The notes beneath the pieces are model-generated. The model was given only the letters and a program-made list of their open reading frames with translations, had not been told where the DNA came from and did no database searches. Position numbers and translations under genes: made by a program. From a virus (taxonomy: Duplodnaviria > Caudoviricetes), in the IMG/VR virus record IMGVR_UViG_3300033067_000161, positions 1-40,773 of that record: a DNA stretch of 40,773 bases; one strand, written 5' to 3'. This document shows, piece by piece, positions 1 to 9,800 of the stretch. Numbering within the stretch: the first letter of the stretch is position 1; every line of letters begins with the position of its first letter.

Positions 1-177
1 CCTAACGCAGAACAGCGTTATATGGATGCCCTTATGAGGCATTTTGAGGCCATTAGAAGGGGTGAATTGTATGACGTTGATAGCAGCGCACCAGACATGC
101 CTCATATGGCTGCTGTAGCCGTTAATGCGATGTTCCTGTTGGAATTCATGCTCAATCCAGAATTGAAGAAAGGTTAA
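1..177 (+). CDS. dATP/dGTP diphosphohydrolase-like protein (DUF5664-like), 5'-truncated
   Basis: My frame-1 translation, PNAEQRYMDALMRHFEAIRRGELYDVDSSAPDMPHMAAVAVNAMFLLEF, matches the RYxDAxxRH..GE..D.DS..PH.A..NxMFL pattern. Not in the ORF track. Confidence 0.7.
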   Translation, partial: PNAEQRYMDALMRHFEAIRRGELYDVDSSAPDMPHMAAVAVNAMFLLEFMLNPELKKG

Positions 178-178
178 T

Positions 179-316
179 ATGGAAGTATTAGTTTATTTAG
201 CACTAGGCGTATTGGTAGCACCGTATATTCTTATGGGCGTTGCATCTATTAAGATGTATTTAGAATATATTCGAGGTCAAGATAAAACACATCTTGATTT
301 AACCAAATCTGCATGA
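179..316 (+). CDS. Small membrane protein, 45 aa
   Basis: MEVLVYLALGVLVAPYILMGVASIKMYLEYIRGQDKTHLDLTKSA; hydrophobic N-terminus; starts 1 nt after the upstream stop. Confidence 0.55.
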   Translation: MEVLVYLALGVLVAPYILMGVASIKMYLEYIRGQDKTHLDLTKSA

Positions 317-322
317 TATAAT
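294..322 (+). promoter_or_regulatory. Sigma70-type promoter with extended -10
   Basis: TTGATT-17 bp-TATAAT with TGn before the -10; upstream of the nrd operon. Confidence 0.75.
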
Positions 323-349
323 CATTTCTCTCTCAATAAAGGGTAATCT

Positions 350-769
350 ATGAATAAAAAATTAAAATTTCCACCCCGTCCTTCAGCCATTGTAGCTTTA
401 TGTGTCGTGTCTGAATCAGAGATCGTAAAAGTAATGCCAAATTACTCATCTGAATTTGAAGATAATACTGTCGCTTTTAACAAGTTTCTTTACTCGTTAG
501 GTATGGACACAGAAAAGCCAGTATTACGTCAAGACGGTTTACAGCACCGTAACCGTTTAAATGAAGTTGTAATATGCAGTCGTTGGGTCGGTGAAGAGAG
601 ACTAGATGAAGCTTGGTTACATAGCGGTTACGCTAGTAAGGAAGCAATTGATAAAGCCAGCGGTTCTAAGATTCTAGAAGATTTGTATCGTAGTCGTAAT
701 TTGACGCAAGATGCACAAGATTCGTTAGAAGCTCGTGACCGCTATAACGTAGTAAAAGAAGAGGAATAA
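350..769 (+). CDS. Hypothetical protein, 139 aa
   Basis: ORF follows the promoter and abuts nrdB; no family recognised. Confidence 0.75.
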   Translation: MNKKLKFPPRPSAIVALCVVSESEIVKVMPNYSSEFEDNTVAFNKFLYSLGMDTEKPVLRQDGLQHRNRLNEVVICSRWVGEERLDEAWLHSGYASKEAIDKASGSKILEDLYRSRNLTQDAQDSLEARDRYNVVKEEE

Positions 770-1753
770 ATGCTAGATAAGCACCTACTGCCAATTAATG
801 AAAGACCAGAGCCTGTTGAGTTTGCAGACCAACAACTGAAGGTATTCTGGTTACCTGACGAAATTAAGGTAGAGAAAGATGTACAAGATGTTCTGGTAAA
901 CTTTACTGAAGCTGAGAAACATGCTGTTATCACTACCTTAAAATTGTTCAGTATCTATGAGACACATGCAGGTTCTGAGTATTGGGGTGGTCGATTCAAG
1001 GATATGTTTGATAGTGCAGAATTCCATCGTATGGCTTCTGTATTCTCCATGTTCGAATTAGCCGTACATGCCCCGTTCTATAATAAGATTAATCAATTAT
1101 TGCATATCGACACACCAGAGTTCTATATGTCATACTTGGACAATCCTGTTCTAAAGGACCGTGTGGCTCATATCGGTGAGATTATTGATCATCCAGATGA
1201 TTTAATTTCATTGGCTGCTTTCTCAATGGTAGAAGGTGTTATTCTGTACAGTTCATTTGCTTTCTTGAAGCACTATCAATCTCAAGGCAAGAACAAGTTA
1301 ATGAATATTGTACGGGGTATTAACTTCTCTGTACGTGATGAGAATATGCATTCTCAAGGTGGAGCATGGGCATTTAGATATAAGCTTGATCAATTAAAGC
1401 AGACACTACCTGCAGATGAATTCGAAGTTATCAAAGACGCTATTGATCATCAAGTGCGCGAAGTAGCTCGTAAGATTTATGAACACGAATGCCAAATTGT
1501 TGCTATGCTATTTGAGAAGGGTGAAATCAAAGGTATCACTGCTCACCAGTTAGAAAACTTCGTACAGTCTCGTGTGAATGAATGCTTGAAGAATTTAGGG
1601 TTTGGTAAAGAGTATGATGTGAAGTACAACCCTATTGCCGATTGGTTCTACAAGGGCATCAACGATTACACTTTCAATGACTTCTTCAGTGGTATGGGAA
1701 ACCAATATCACCGTAATTGGGACAGTTCAGCGTTCGTATGGAATAAGGAATAA
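770..1753 (+). CDS. nrdB: Class I ribonucleotide reductase beta subunit
   Basis: FWLPDEI, E..VHAPFY, VEGVILYSSFA, RDENMH and C-terminal DFF motifs. Confidence 0.95.
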   Translation: MLDKHLLPINERPEPVEFADQQLKVFWLPDEIKVEKDVQDVLVNFTEAEKHAVITTLKLFSIYETHAGSEYWGGRFKDMFDSAEFHRMASVFSMFELAVHAPFYNKINQLLHIDTPEFYMSYLDNPVLKDRVAHIGEIIDHPDDLISLAAFSMVEGVILYSSFAFLKHYQSQGKNKLMNIVRGINFSVRDENMHSQGGAWAFRYKLDQLKQTLPADEFEVIKDAIDHQVREVARKIYEHECQIVAMLFEKGEIKGITAHQLENFVQSRVNECLKNLGFGKEYDVKYNPIADWFYKGINDYTFNDFFSGMGNQYHRNWDSSAFVWNKE

Positions 1754-1754
1754 G

Positions 1755-3458
1755 ATGACAGACAATATTTACAAGAAGTTGAGTGAAGAACGTAAACAAC
1801 TACAGGAACAGGGCTTAGTCCCTGAGTGGTATACCACAGCTGGTTACCAAATGTTTAAGGATAAATATGAGTATGAAACAAACGGGAAATCCATTCGTGG
1901 ACAGTTTGAGCGCATTGCTAAGACTGCAGCTAAACACTTACCTGCTGATTTCCAAGCTACAGCTGAAGCTGAGTTCTTTAATCTATTCTGGAAGGGTTGG
2001 TTAAGTCCATCTACTCCAGTACTAGCTAACATGGGTACTAACCGTGGTATGCCAGTATCTTGCTCAGGTACAGTGGTTGGTGATTCAGTAGATGGTTTCT
2101 ACAGTAACTTGCATGAAGTAGCTATGCTAACTAAATATGGTTTCGGTACAGCTACTGACTTCTCACATGTTCGTCCCCGTGGTTCAAAGATTAGTGTAGG
2201 TGGTAAAGCTTCTGGTGTACTCCCTGTCATTAAAGAACACGTTAATGCGATGCGTAATATTGCTCAAGGTACTGCGCGTAGAGGCGCATGGGCTTGTTAC
2301 CTAAATATTGAACATGGCGATTTCCAAGAAGTTGTTGATCATATCTCTGCAGAGCCTGACGACTTAAATGTAGGTTGGACAATTAAGCAATCATTCATTG
2401 ACCGTTTGAATGCTGGTGACGAAGAAGCCATTCGCCGTTTCCAAGCTGCCATGAAGGTTAAGATGGTCACTGGTAAGGGTTACTTTTTCTTCGTAGACAA
2501 AGCTAACGCCAAACGTCCAGCGATGTACAAAGAGTTGGGCTTGATGATTAATAACTCTCAGCTTTGTTCTGAGATTATGCTTTTCAATGATGAAGACCAT
2601 ACATATACTTGCGTACTATCATCCATGAATGGTTCTAAGTATCCAGAATGGAAAGGTACGGAAGCTGCATATTGGGCCACTGTATTCTTGGATTGTGTTG
2701 CTAGTGAATTTATTGAACGTGCTGAAGGTATTAGCGGTCTTGAGAAGGCTGTACGCTTTACTAAGAAGGGTCGTGCATTGGGTCTAGGTTTGTGTGGTAT
2801 CCATACGCTGTTTATGCAGAATATGATGCCGTTTGAATCATTCGATGCTCACATGCTCAGTCAAGAAATTCAAGCACATATCGATGCAGAATCTTTACGT
2901 GCAAGTCAAGACTTAGCCTTAATCTTAGGTGAACCAGAGTGGTGTAAGGGTTATGGTGTCCGTAATACTCACCGTATTGCTATTGCACCTACCAAGTCTA
3001 CAGCGTTGCTAATGGGTGGTATCTCAGAAGGTATCAATCCTGACCCTGCTATGAGTTATAATCAAATGACTGCAGCTGGTGAGATTGACCGTTTGAACCC
3101 TGTTTTACTTGGTTTAATGAAAGAGAAGGGTGTGTACACTAAGAAGCATGTGCAAGAGATTACTGACAAGCAAGGTTCAGTACAGCACGTAGATTGGTTA
3201 ACACCAGAAGAAAAGGAAGTTTTTAAGACCGCATTCGAAATCAATCAAAAAGCTGTGTTAAGATTAGCCTCTGCTCGTAGCAAGTACATCGACCAATGGC
3301 AATCATTGAACCTGTTCTTCGCTGCCGATGAAGACCCCGCTTGGATTGCTGAAGTTCACAAAGAAGCTTTCCTTGATGAAAACATTTTAGCGTTATATTA
3401 CATTTATACTCAAGCTGGCGTACAAGCTGCTAAAGGTGAATGTGAAGCCTGTCAATAA
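1755..3458 (+). CDS. nrdA: Class I ribonucleotide reductase alpha subunit, no ATP cone
   Basis: SPSTPVLAN, PVSC, SQLCSEI, TCVLSS, IAPT, IDQWQSLNL, YY and C-terminal CEAC. Likely start is the ATG at 1755 right after the nrdB stop, not 1635. Confidence 0.95.
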   Translation: MTDNIYKKLSEERKQLQEQGLVPEWYTTAGYQMFKDKYEYETNGKSIRGQFERIAKTAAKHLPADFQATAEAEFFNLFWKGWLSPSTPVLANMGTNRGMPVSCSGTVVGDSVDGFYSNLHEVAMLTKYGFGTATDFSHVRPRGSKISVGGKASGVLPVIKEHVNAMRNIAQGTARRGAWACYLNIEHGDFQEVVDHISAEPDDLNVGWTIKQSFIDRLNAGDEEAIRRFQAAMKVKMVTGKGYFFFVDKANAKRPAMYKELGLMINNSQLCSEIMLFNDEDHTYTCVLSSMNGSKYPEWKGTEAAYWATVFLDCVASEFIERAEGISGLEKAVRFTKKGRALGLGLCGIHTLFMQNMMPFESFDAHMLSQEIQAHIDAESLRASQDLALILGEPEWCKGYGVRNTHRIAIAPTKSTALLMGGISEGINPDPAMSYNQMTAAGEIDRLNPVLLGLMKEKGVYTKKHVQEITDKQGSVQHVDWLTPEEKEVFKTAFEINQKAVLRLASARSKYIDQWQSLNLFFAADEDPAWIAEVHKEAFLDENILALYYIYTQAGVQAAKGECEACQ

Positions 3459-3467
3459 GGAGAAGTA

Positions 3468-3734
3468 ATGAAGTACTACTACATAGTTCGTAAGGACACT
3501 TATGAATACACCTACTATAATGGGCTTGGTGAGATTGTCAGCTATGAGGACTATGAAAATTGGCCTGATGAAGCTGCCGAGGATGAGAAAACCTTTGAGA
3601 CAAGGGATAGGAGCTATGTAGTACGTAAATTTTCCAGAATGAAAGATGCTAAGGCATTCTTATCAACTATGGAAGATGTTCGTGAGCCGTACTATTCTGA
3701 GCAGCATTATATGGAAAAAGTTGAACTATATTAA
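3468..3734 (+). CDS. Hypothetical protein, 88 aa, Tyr/Glu-rich
   Basis: AAGGAG RBS and operon spacing. Confidence 0.7.
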   Translation: MKYYYIVRKDTYEYTYYNGLGEIVSYEDYENWPDEAAEDEKTFETRDRSYVVRKFSRMKDAKAFLSTMEDVREPYYSEQHYMEKVELY

Positions 3735-3743
3735 GGAGTTATT

Positions 3744-3989
3744 ATGAAACATTTAGTTGTATTTAAAGCATCATGGTGCGGTCCATGTAAAGCACTGGCT
3801 ATGACCATGCAAGATTTGCCTCTACCTGTATCGCAGATTAAGACAATCGATATCGATGAAGATATGGAGGCCGCTAGAGAGTTTGCAGTGCGAGGTGTAC
3901 CCACGGTATTACTCATGGAAGATAATCAGGTTATCAAGCGTTCTAGTGGCGCTATGACCGCTTCTCAACTGCAGGAGTTCTGTGCGTGA
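3744..3989 (+). CDS. trxA: Thioredoxin
   Basis: WCGPC active site, VPT cis-Pro motif, AAGGAG RBS; next to the RNR genes. Confidence 0.92.
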   Translation: MKHLVVFKASWCGPCKALAMTMQDLPLPVSQIKTIDIDEDMEAAREFAVRGVPTVLLMEDNQVIKRSSGAMTASQLQEFCA

Positions 3990-4231
3990 TAGAAGAGAAA
4001 TTCGAAGAGTGGTTTTGGGAGAATGAAGACGGTTTTCAGTTTAAAGCTGAACGTTGTTTTCAATGGGCAAAACTAGCGGCTGAAAATGGTACGTTAAATC
4101 AATTCTTAACTGATTGGCTTAAAGGTACTTATGAAGCTGCTTATAAAGAAGGTTATCGTGATGCGTTAGCCAGCCTCCACTACAAACCAGACAATGGTTC
4201 TGGTAATGCTGCAGTAATGCACTTACAATAG
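3986..4231 (+). CDS. Hypothetical protein, 81 aa
   Basis: GTGA start/stop overlap with thioredoxin; AGGAG RBS. Confidence 0.65.
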   Translation: MIEEKFEEWFWENEDGFQFKAERCFQWAKLAAENGTLNQFLTDWLKGTYEAAYKEGYRDALASLHYKPDNGSGNAAVMHLQ

Positions 4232-4235
4232 ACGT

Positions 4236-4277
4236 AAAAATACCCCGTAACCTGCAAAGGTACGGGGATTTTATTTT
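4236..4277. terminator. Bidirectional intrinsic terminator
   Basis: AAAAA-CCCCGTA(A)CCT-GCAA-AGGTACGGGG-ATTTTATTTT between convergent gene blocks. Confidence 0.85.
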
Positions 4278-4767
4278 ATGGTTTCCAAGCTGCGTATTCA
4301 GCAGCAGTTAGGATACCAGATACATACATCTTATGTGGATTAGCTGGACGCATAATCGTTAGATTTTGTCTACGTAAGGCAGGGTCAAATGAAATGTGTA
4401 CCCAACCTTTATCAGGTGTCATACTGTATTCGTGAATCAACTGATCGTACTTAATGCCAGAAGCAGCAATAGCTTTGCAGATTTCGTATGGTGAGCCAAA
4501 ACCATTACAACGGAAGTCGATAGCGAAACCGTCCATATGTGCTGACTTCTCTGAACCACCAACAGCTACGTTAACTTTTGGTAAACGTAACCATGATTGT
4601 ACGCTAATTGCTTTGCCAAGTAGTGTACGGACCTGTTCCATACCTTGAGCAGCTACTTTCATATTCTCTAATTGTAGTGTTGAAGGTGTATTATCTACAC
4701 CAAGTTCAACAGCTTTAGCTGAATATGTACCTTCTTTATATGAGAAGTGTTCTGATAAATTATCCAT
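4276..4767 (-). CDS. Endolysin, peptidase M15A-like Zn peptidase
   Basis: LSEHFS, SWLR...N..VGG...SAH..G.A.DF, DQLIHE and WVHIS motifs. Confidence 0.88.
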   Translation of the reverse strand: MDNLSEHFSYKEGTYSAKAVELGVDNTPSTLQLENMKVAAQGMEQVRTLLGKAISVQSWLRLPKVNVAVGGSEKSAHMDGFAIDFRCNGFGSPYEICKAIAASGIKYDQLIHEYSMTPDKGWVHISFDPALRRQNLTIMRPANPHKMYVSGILTAAEYAAWKP

Positions 4768-5255
4768 TATTTGATTCCTTTAATCATAGCTTGTGTCTTA
4801 TCGGCACTTGATTTTGAAGAGCCGTAGAAGAAATTAAAAATAGAGGCGATTGCAGTACCTAATAGGAAACCTAAAATAATATTTGCAAAGTCTCTAGCAC
4901 CCTCTGGTAACGTAAGGAATGTTACACAGAAGAAATATAAAGCTGACGTAACTGACCAGAACCATGCAAAGCGATATACGAAATTTTTACTTTCAGAATC
5001 ACCTTGTGCTAATGCAGCTTGTTGCATCTCTCTAGCACTTGCTCTGTCTTTTACTTCTTGCTCAAACATAAATTCTTCATGTTTCATTGCAGCCTCTTGT
5101 ACAGCTGCTAATTTTTCAGGAGACATATTAGGTTCTAATTTAACACCCAACTTATCTTCCACATAATCTAGACCTTTGGTTGTGACCGCATCTGCAACCT
5201 TGCCTAAACCATTTGAAACAAGAGAACTAATGATACCTGTTAATATTGGTAACAT
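4767..5255 (-). CDS. Putative holin
   Basis: N-terminal amphipathic helix, DRASAREMQ, two C-terminal TM helices ending FFYGSS; translationally coupled to the endolysin. Confidence 0.65.
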   Translation of the reverse strand: MLPILTGIISSLVSNGLGKVADAVTTKGLDYVEDKLGVKLEPNMSPEKLAAVQEAAMKHEEFMFEQEVKDRASAREMQQAALAQGDSESKNFVYRFAWFWSVTSALYFFCVTFLTLPEGARDFANIILGFLLGTAIASIFNFFYGSSKSSADKTQAMIKGIK

Positions 5256-5270
5256 ACTACTCCTTAAGAA

Positions 5271-5288
5271 GTCCCGCCGAAGCGGGAC
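5271..5288 (-). terminator. UUCG-capped hairpin, weak terminator
   Basis: Minus strand GTCCCGC-TTCG-GCGGGAC-TTCTT just upstream of the holin RBS. Confidence 0.55.
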
Positions 5289-5293
5289 ATTGT

Positions 5294-5533
5294 TTACATG
5301 CCTACAACTAATTTAAGTACGTTCGTAACTCCAATCGATTGAGAGAGGATAACAAGTACTGCACCTATTGCAAGATATTTAATCTGATTTAAAGTTTTCT
5401 CTATACCTGAAAGTGAAGTCCGTAGATCAACAGAGATTCCTTGAAGCTTTTTCAATTCCTCTGCGTGGTCTTCTACTTTAAGTTCCAGTTTAATAACTCT
5501 ATGTTCAATCTGCTCTTGCACTTTACTCTCCAA
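5294..5533 (-). CDS. Coiled-coil protein with C-terminal TM helix (XhlA-like or lysis accessory)
   Basis: Heptad-rich N-terminus, then YLAIGAVLVILSQSIGV; sits between the fibre and the holin. Confidence 0.55.
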   Translation of the reverse strand: MESKVQEQIEHRVIKLELKVEDHAEELKKLQGISVDLRTSLSGIEKTLNQIKYLAIGAVLVILSQSIGVTNVLKLVVGM

Positions 5534-6863
5534 TTAATTTCGATATTAGTCGCTCTAGTTCTGCTATACGCATGTCTTGAGCTTTTAGTTGAGTTTCTTG
5601 TTCTACAACTTTTTCCGCTAATTTAATACTAGACACCATTGCGGCGTTTCCATAAGCTACAGATAAAATACCATCTGAACCTTTTATCACTGCATTAGGT
5701 AAAAGACTTTGTAACGATTGGGCACTTACCCCTACTTGAGTAATATCTGTATCGATACGATCATAAATACCGTACTTAACTTCAGAAAGTTTTTGAATAT
5801 AGTCTGAAGGCAATTCCCTCCAGTTCTTTTTCAACGTTTCATCTGAGTTAGCTGTAACGTTACCAGAGGCAGTTACGTCTGCACTTGAGATAAAGTTAGC
5901 ACCATTATAAGTACGAACGTTACCAGCTTCAGTTGCATAAATACCTACACCATATGTTTCATTATACCACCCACTACTTCCAGTACTTCTGAACCAACCT
6001 GCCGTATGAAATGAACCTGCATATAGGTAGTCAGTAAATGGGTTACAGTAAACGCCAGCTGTACCATAGATGCTATTACCAGAACCCCAAAGCATTTGAT
6101 AAGTGCTATTAGAGTTATTATCATAGTTAATAGCAAAAGTCTCAGCGTATCTAGCTACGTCCACTCTTACACCGTAAGTTTGACTGCCGTTCCAACCCAT
6201 TAAGGTAGGGTAGTTTGCTGTCCATGTGTTGTTTGGAGTAGTATTGTTAATAGTGCTACCACTAGGCGATGTTCCAGCAGACGCATCAAAAATAGTATGA
6301 CCGTTACCGTAATTCTTCCAAGCTAACTGACCGACTACAGCTGTGATTGTACCTTTTGTAAACCAATCCGCAGATGTAGTTGATAAATTTACAGCTGTAG
6401 TAGCAGTAGCAGCGTTACCATTAATAGAGCCTATAATAGTACTAGAGAATGTTTTCACCCCCGCTATCGTTTGAGCGCCTGTAGTATATACACCATTCGT
6501 TACCGTAGCAGCGTTACCATTAATAGACCCCACAATTGTACTGGAAAATGTTTTAGTTCCACCTATAGTTTGGTCACCTGTTGTATATACCCCGTTAGTA
6601 ACAGTAGCTGCATTACCTGCAACACTGATAGAATAAAGATCATCTACAACCAATGATTCCCATGTACTGCCGTTCCATTTTCTCCACTTCTTGCCTTCAC
6701 TACTCCAACCCACTGAATTAACAGGTAAGTTGGAGATAGTTGGGTCACCAACAGGAGATACGGCAGTATCTAACCCTCTCGCTAAATCGTCAAAACGGTT
6801 GTCTAACTGTTCAACGAAATCTAAATACCCACTTGTTTGTGTGGGTAAACTGTGATTTGCCAT
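5523..6863 (-). CDS. Tail fibre with C-terminal intramolecular chaperone (peptidase S74-like)
   Basis: 33-aa repeats GNAATVTNGVYTTGxQTIxGxKTFSSTIxGSIN; SDETLKKN...GVSAQ...P.AV...L.V.Y followed by a coiled coil. Confidence 0.85.
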   Translation of the reverse strand: MANHSLPTQTSGYLDFVEQLDNRFDDLARGLDTAVSPVGDPTISNLPVNSVGWSSEGKKWRKWNGSTWESLVVDDLYSISVAGNAATVTNGVYTTGDQTIGGTKTFSSTIVGSINGNAATVTNGVYTTGAQTIAGVKTFSSTIIGSINGNAATATTAVNLSTTSADWFTKGTITAVVGQLAWKNYGNGHTIFDASAGTSPSGSTINNTTPNNTWTANYPTLMGWNGSQTYGVRVDVARYAETFAINYDNNSNSTYQMLWGSGNSIYGTAGVYCNPFTDYLYAGSFHTAGWFRSTGSSGWYNETYGVGIYATEAGNVRTYNGANFISSADVTASGNVTANSDETLKKNWRELPSDYIQKLSEVKYGIYDRIDTDITQVGVSAQSLQSLLPNAVIKGSDGILSVAYGNAAMVSSIKLAEKVVEQETQLKAQDMRIAELERLISKLIGE

Positions 6864-6865
6864 TT

Positions 6866-9800
6866 TTAATATCCTCTAAGTTGCCAACCGACTTTAGCAG
6901 ATTGCCTTGAACCGTCTGTTGATTTGAACGTATAAATTCTCATTGATTGAGCGTAAGTAAGTAAGTTTCCAGATGTATCAGGTTGACCAGTAAAATCAAC
7001 TGTATAAACTGAATTACTAACCTTTGTGATTGAATACACACCAGACACACCATTGCCTGTTGAAAACGCAAGGCGAACTTTCTGACCAGTTGTTAACCCA
7101 TGATTTGTATCTTCAGGGTCTGTAATAGTCACAGTACAAACACCAGAAGTCACAGAATAAGTGCCACTTAATGTAGTATCCTTAAAATCATAAACAGCTG
7201 TCAACGGCGTAGTTCCAGAAGCGGTTAAAGTGATGCTTTCAACATCTAGGAATTCTTTGTTAAAATTAACAATCGTTCCGTCAGTATCTGTAGATAATGT
7301 TGAAACAGTCCCTGAATCATTCACTTGCTTATTGTCTAATCTTACAACTAGATTTTTAAGTTCGTATAAGTCCTTATCTGTACTTGCTGTAGCTTTTACA
7401 GTTACTCGAATGTATTGGAAATTAGTTGCAAATAATGAAGTTGCTTTTCTTGGAGCAGTCCATGTAACATTATCATCACTTGTTTCAATTTCCACATATA
7501 CATCTGGAGTACCACTAACAGTTGCACCAGTTAAAGTAATTGTAATACTACTACTATTTAAAATCTGATCGTAATTAAAGACTTCTTCATAATACGCAGA
7601 TAATAAGCTAGGTTGTGCATAAATAGGGTATCCAGCGGTAACCTGCTCTTGAGGTGAACTCCAAGAGTTATTTGAAAAATGTTCAAACCAATCCTCAGAG
7701 TTGTCTACCAGCATCAACAGTGAATTTGAGTTAACAATCTTATGTGCATTATAAGCCGTACCAGAGAAATCACTAATCCACTCCGCATTAAATACGAAGT
7801 CTGGAGGTTGTGAAACTCTTAATGTAACTGGAAAAGCTGTTGATTCTCTTTCATCAGTATCTACAACCGCAATCCAATAAGTATAGTCGCCACCTGCAAG
7901 CTCAATAATTGTAGTAAATGTTCCGTCTTTCTCACCGATTACTCGGTCAGCAAGTTCCCAAGATTCGCCACGTTTAATTAAAACATGCGAAATAGGTAAA
8001 CTTGTTTTTTCTGGTAACGCCCATTTTAATAATACGTTATTATCAATAACATCAGCATTAAAACTTGCTACAGGATTTGGAGCATATTTAGGTACAGTTA
8101 GTATAGCAGGTTCGCTAATACTTCCAATAATATCTACAGCTTGAACTTTTAATACGGCATTACCTAACCAATCAGCGTTTGAAATATACTCTGTACTAGA
8201 GACAGTAGCAATCTCATCTGGTTGATTTGGTTTACTGATAGTGACAACATACTCTTTAATGGCATAATGAATTTCAACAGGACTTTGCCAGCTGAAAGTT
8301 ACAGTTGAATGAGTATTACTAGAAGTTCCATAGCTATACCCAAGTTTAGATGGTGGCTCAGGTTGAACAGCTTGATATGAAATTTGAGCACTATTATTAC
8401 TGTAATTACCACCGTAATCAAACGCCTTAATATAGTACTCACGCAAGTGTAAACTAGATTCAGAAGTTGTAGAGCATGTTGTTGCTAAACCGTAGAAAAT
8501 TCTATTAGCTTCAGTTCCCCAACCAGCGTTCTCTGTTCTAACTTCGTAACCCTTAATATCAATCTCAGGATTGTTATCCCAAGCTAGGCGTAATCTACCA
8601 CTGTTAAATTCAGGAGCATATTGAAAGTTAGTTACATCGGACGGTAAGGATGTTTTGCCTACAATGGTAGTTACAAACCAATCACTCCATTGTCCGATGC
8701 GACCATCAGAAGAAGTATAACGTAATCTAACTTTATAAGATTCTGATTCAACTACATCTGGAATTTGAACACCACCGTTATCGTAAGATACGAAAACTGA
8801 GCGTTGATTTAAACCATCTGTTGCCGCTGCATAATCGTATTGTGCCTCAACCGAAGCTGTATACTTAGGTAATTGACTTGCATTAGAATAAGAGATTAGT
8901 AGGTTGTATCTGAATACACCATCTGAAATCTTTTCCATAACTGTTTCATTACTAACAGCTCCTGTTATAACAGGTTTTTTATCTCCGAAAGATTCGATCA
9001 ATAGTTTAGGAGCTAATGTAATATTAGCCTCAAATACGGTGTCCTCTGTTAAAGATAAATAATCTGTGAAAATATTGTAGGTACTAGTAACACCGTAATC
9101 AACTAATGTTAATCTCGCTGATTTATTATCAGTAGGTTCAATACTTAGAATAACTAAGTCAACAGATTCTCTGTTAATTTCACCAAACATGAATAAGTCG
9201 CCAGCTGTTACCTCATCTACAATAGGTTGTGAGAATTTAACAGTAGTGTAATAACCATCAGTTGATACAGGGAGAATAGCTCTGGTAATACTTGCACCAG
9301 TTGCTGCACGAATACGGATGCTGTAAATAGCACCAGCACTCATCGGCATTGCCTCGTCTAATTCGAGTTCGGTAGTGGATAATAAATTCTTTATCCTACC
9401 ACTACCAATACCCCACATAGGTACATCATGCATAACTTTAACACGATCACCTCTGTTACAAACTAAATATTCAATATCAGTGTTTAGGGTGTAGATTTCT
9501 GGACGTAACTTAGCTTGCGCCATATGCCATCTAGCGTGGTCAATTACAGAGGACTTCTTAGTAACGCCCGGTAACTGAATGCTCTCAAACAATTCGGCGT
9601 TGCCTTCATTCTTACCTACAGTATAAACAATGATTTCAGCTTCTTGATAATTCTGATCTTCATCAAAATACGTAACTCTTAAACCATCTGGAACTTTAGG
9701 TAGTAGTTTAGTTGACTCAAAACCCCAACTATTGTGTGGCGTAAAATGCTGAATAACGTTAGGTTTTTCTTCGTCAATAGTAACTGTCCATTTACCATCT

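Noticed and set aside
1635-1754. N-terminal extension of NrdA given in the ORF track
   Set aside because: It overlaps nrdB by about 120 nt; the ATG at 1755 has an RBS-like AAGGA and gives a normal start.
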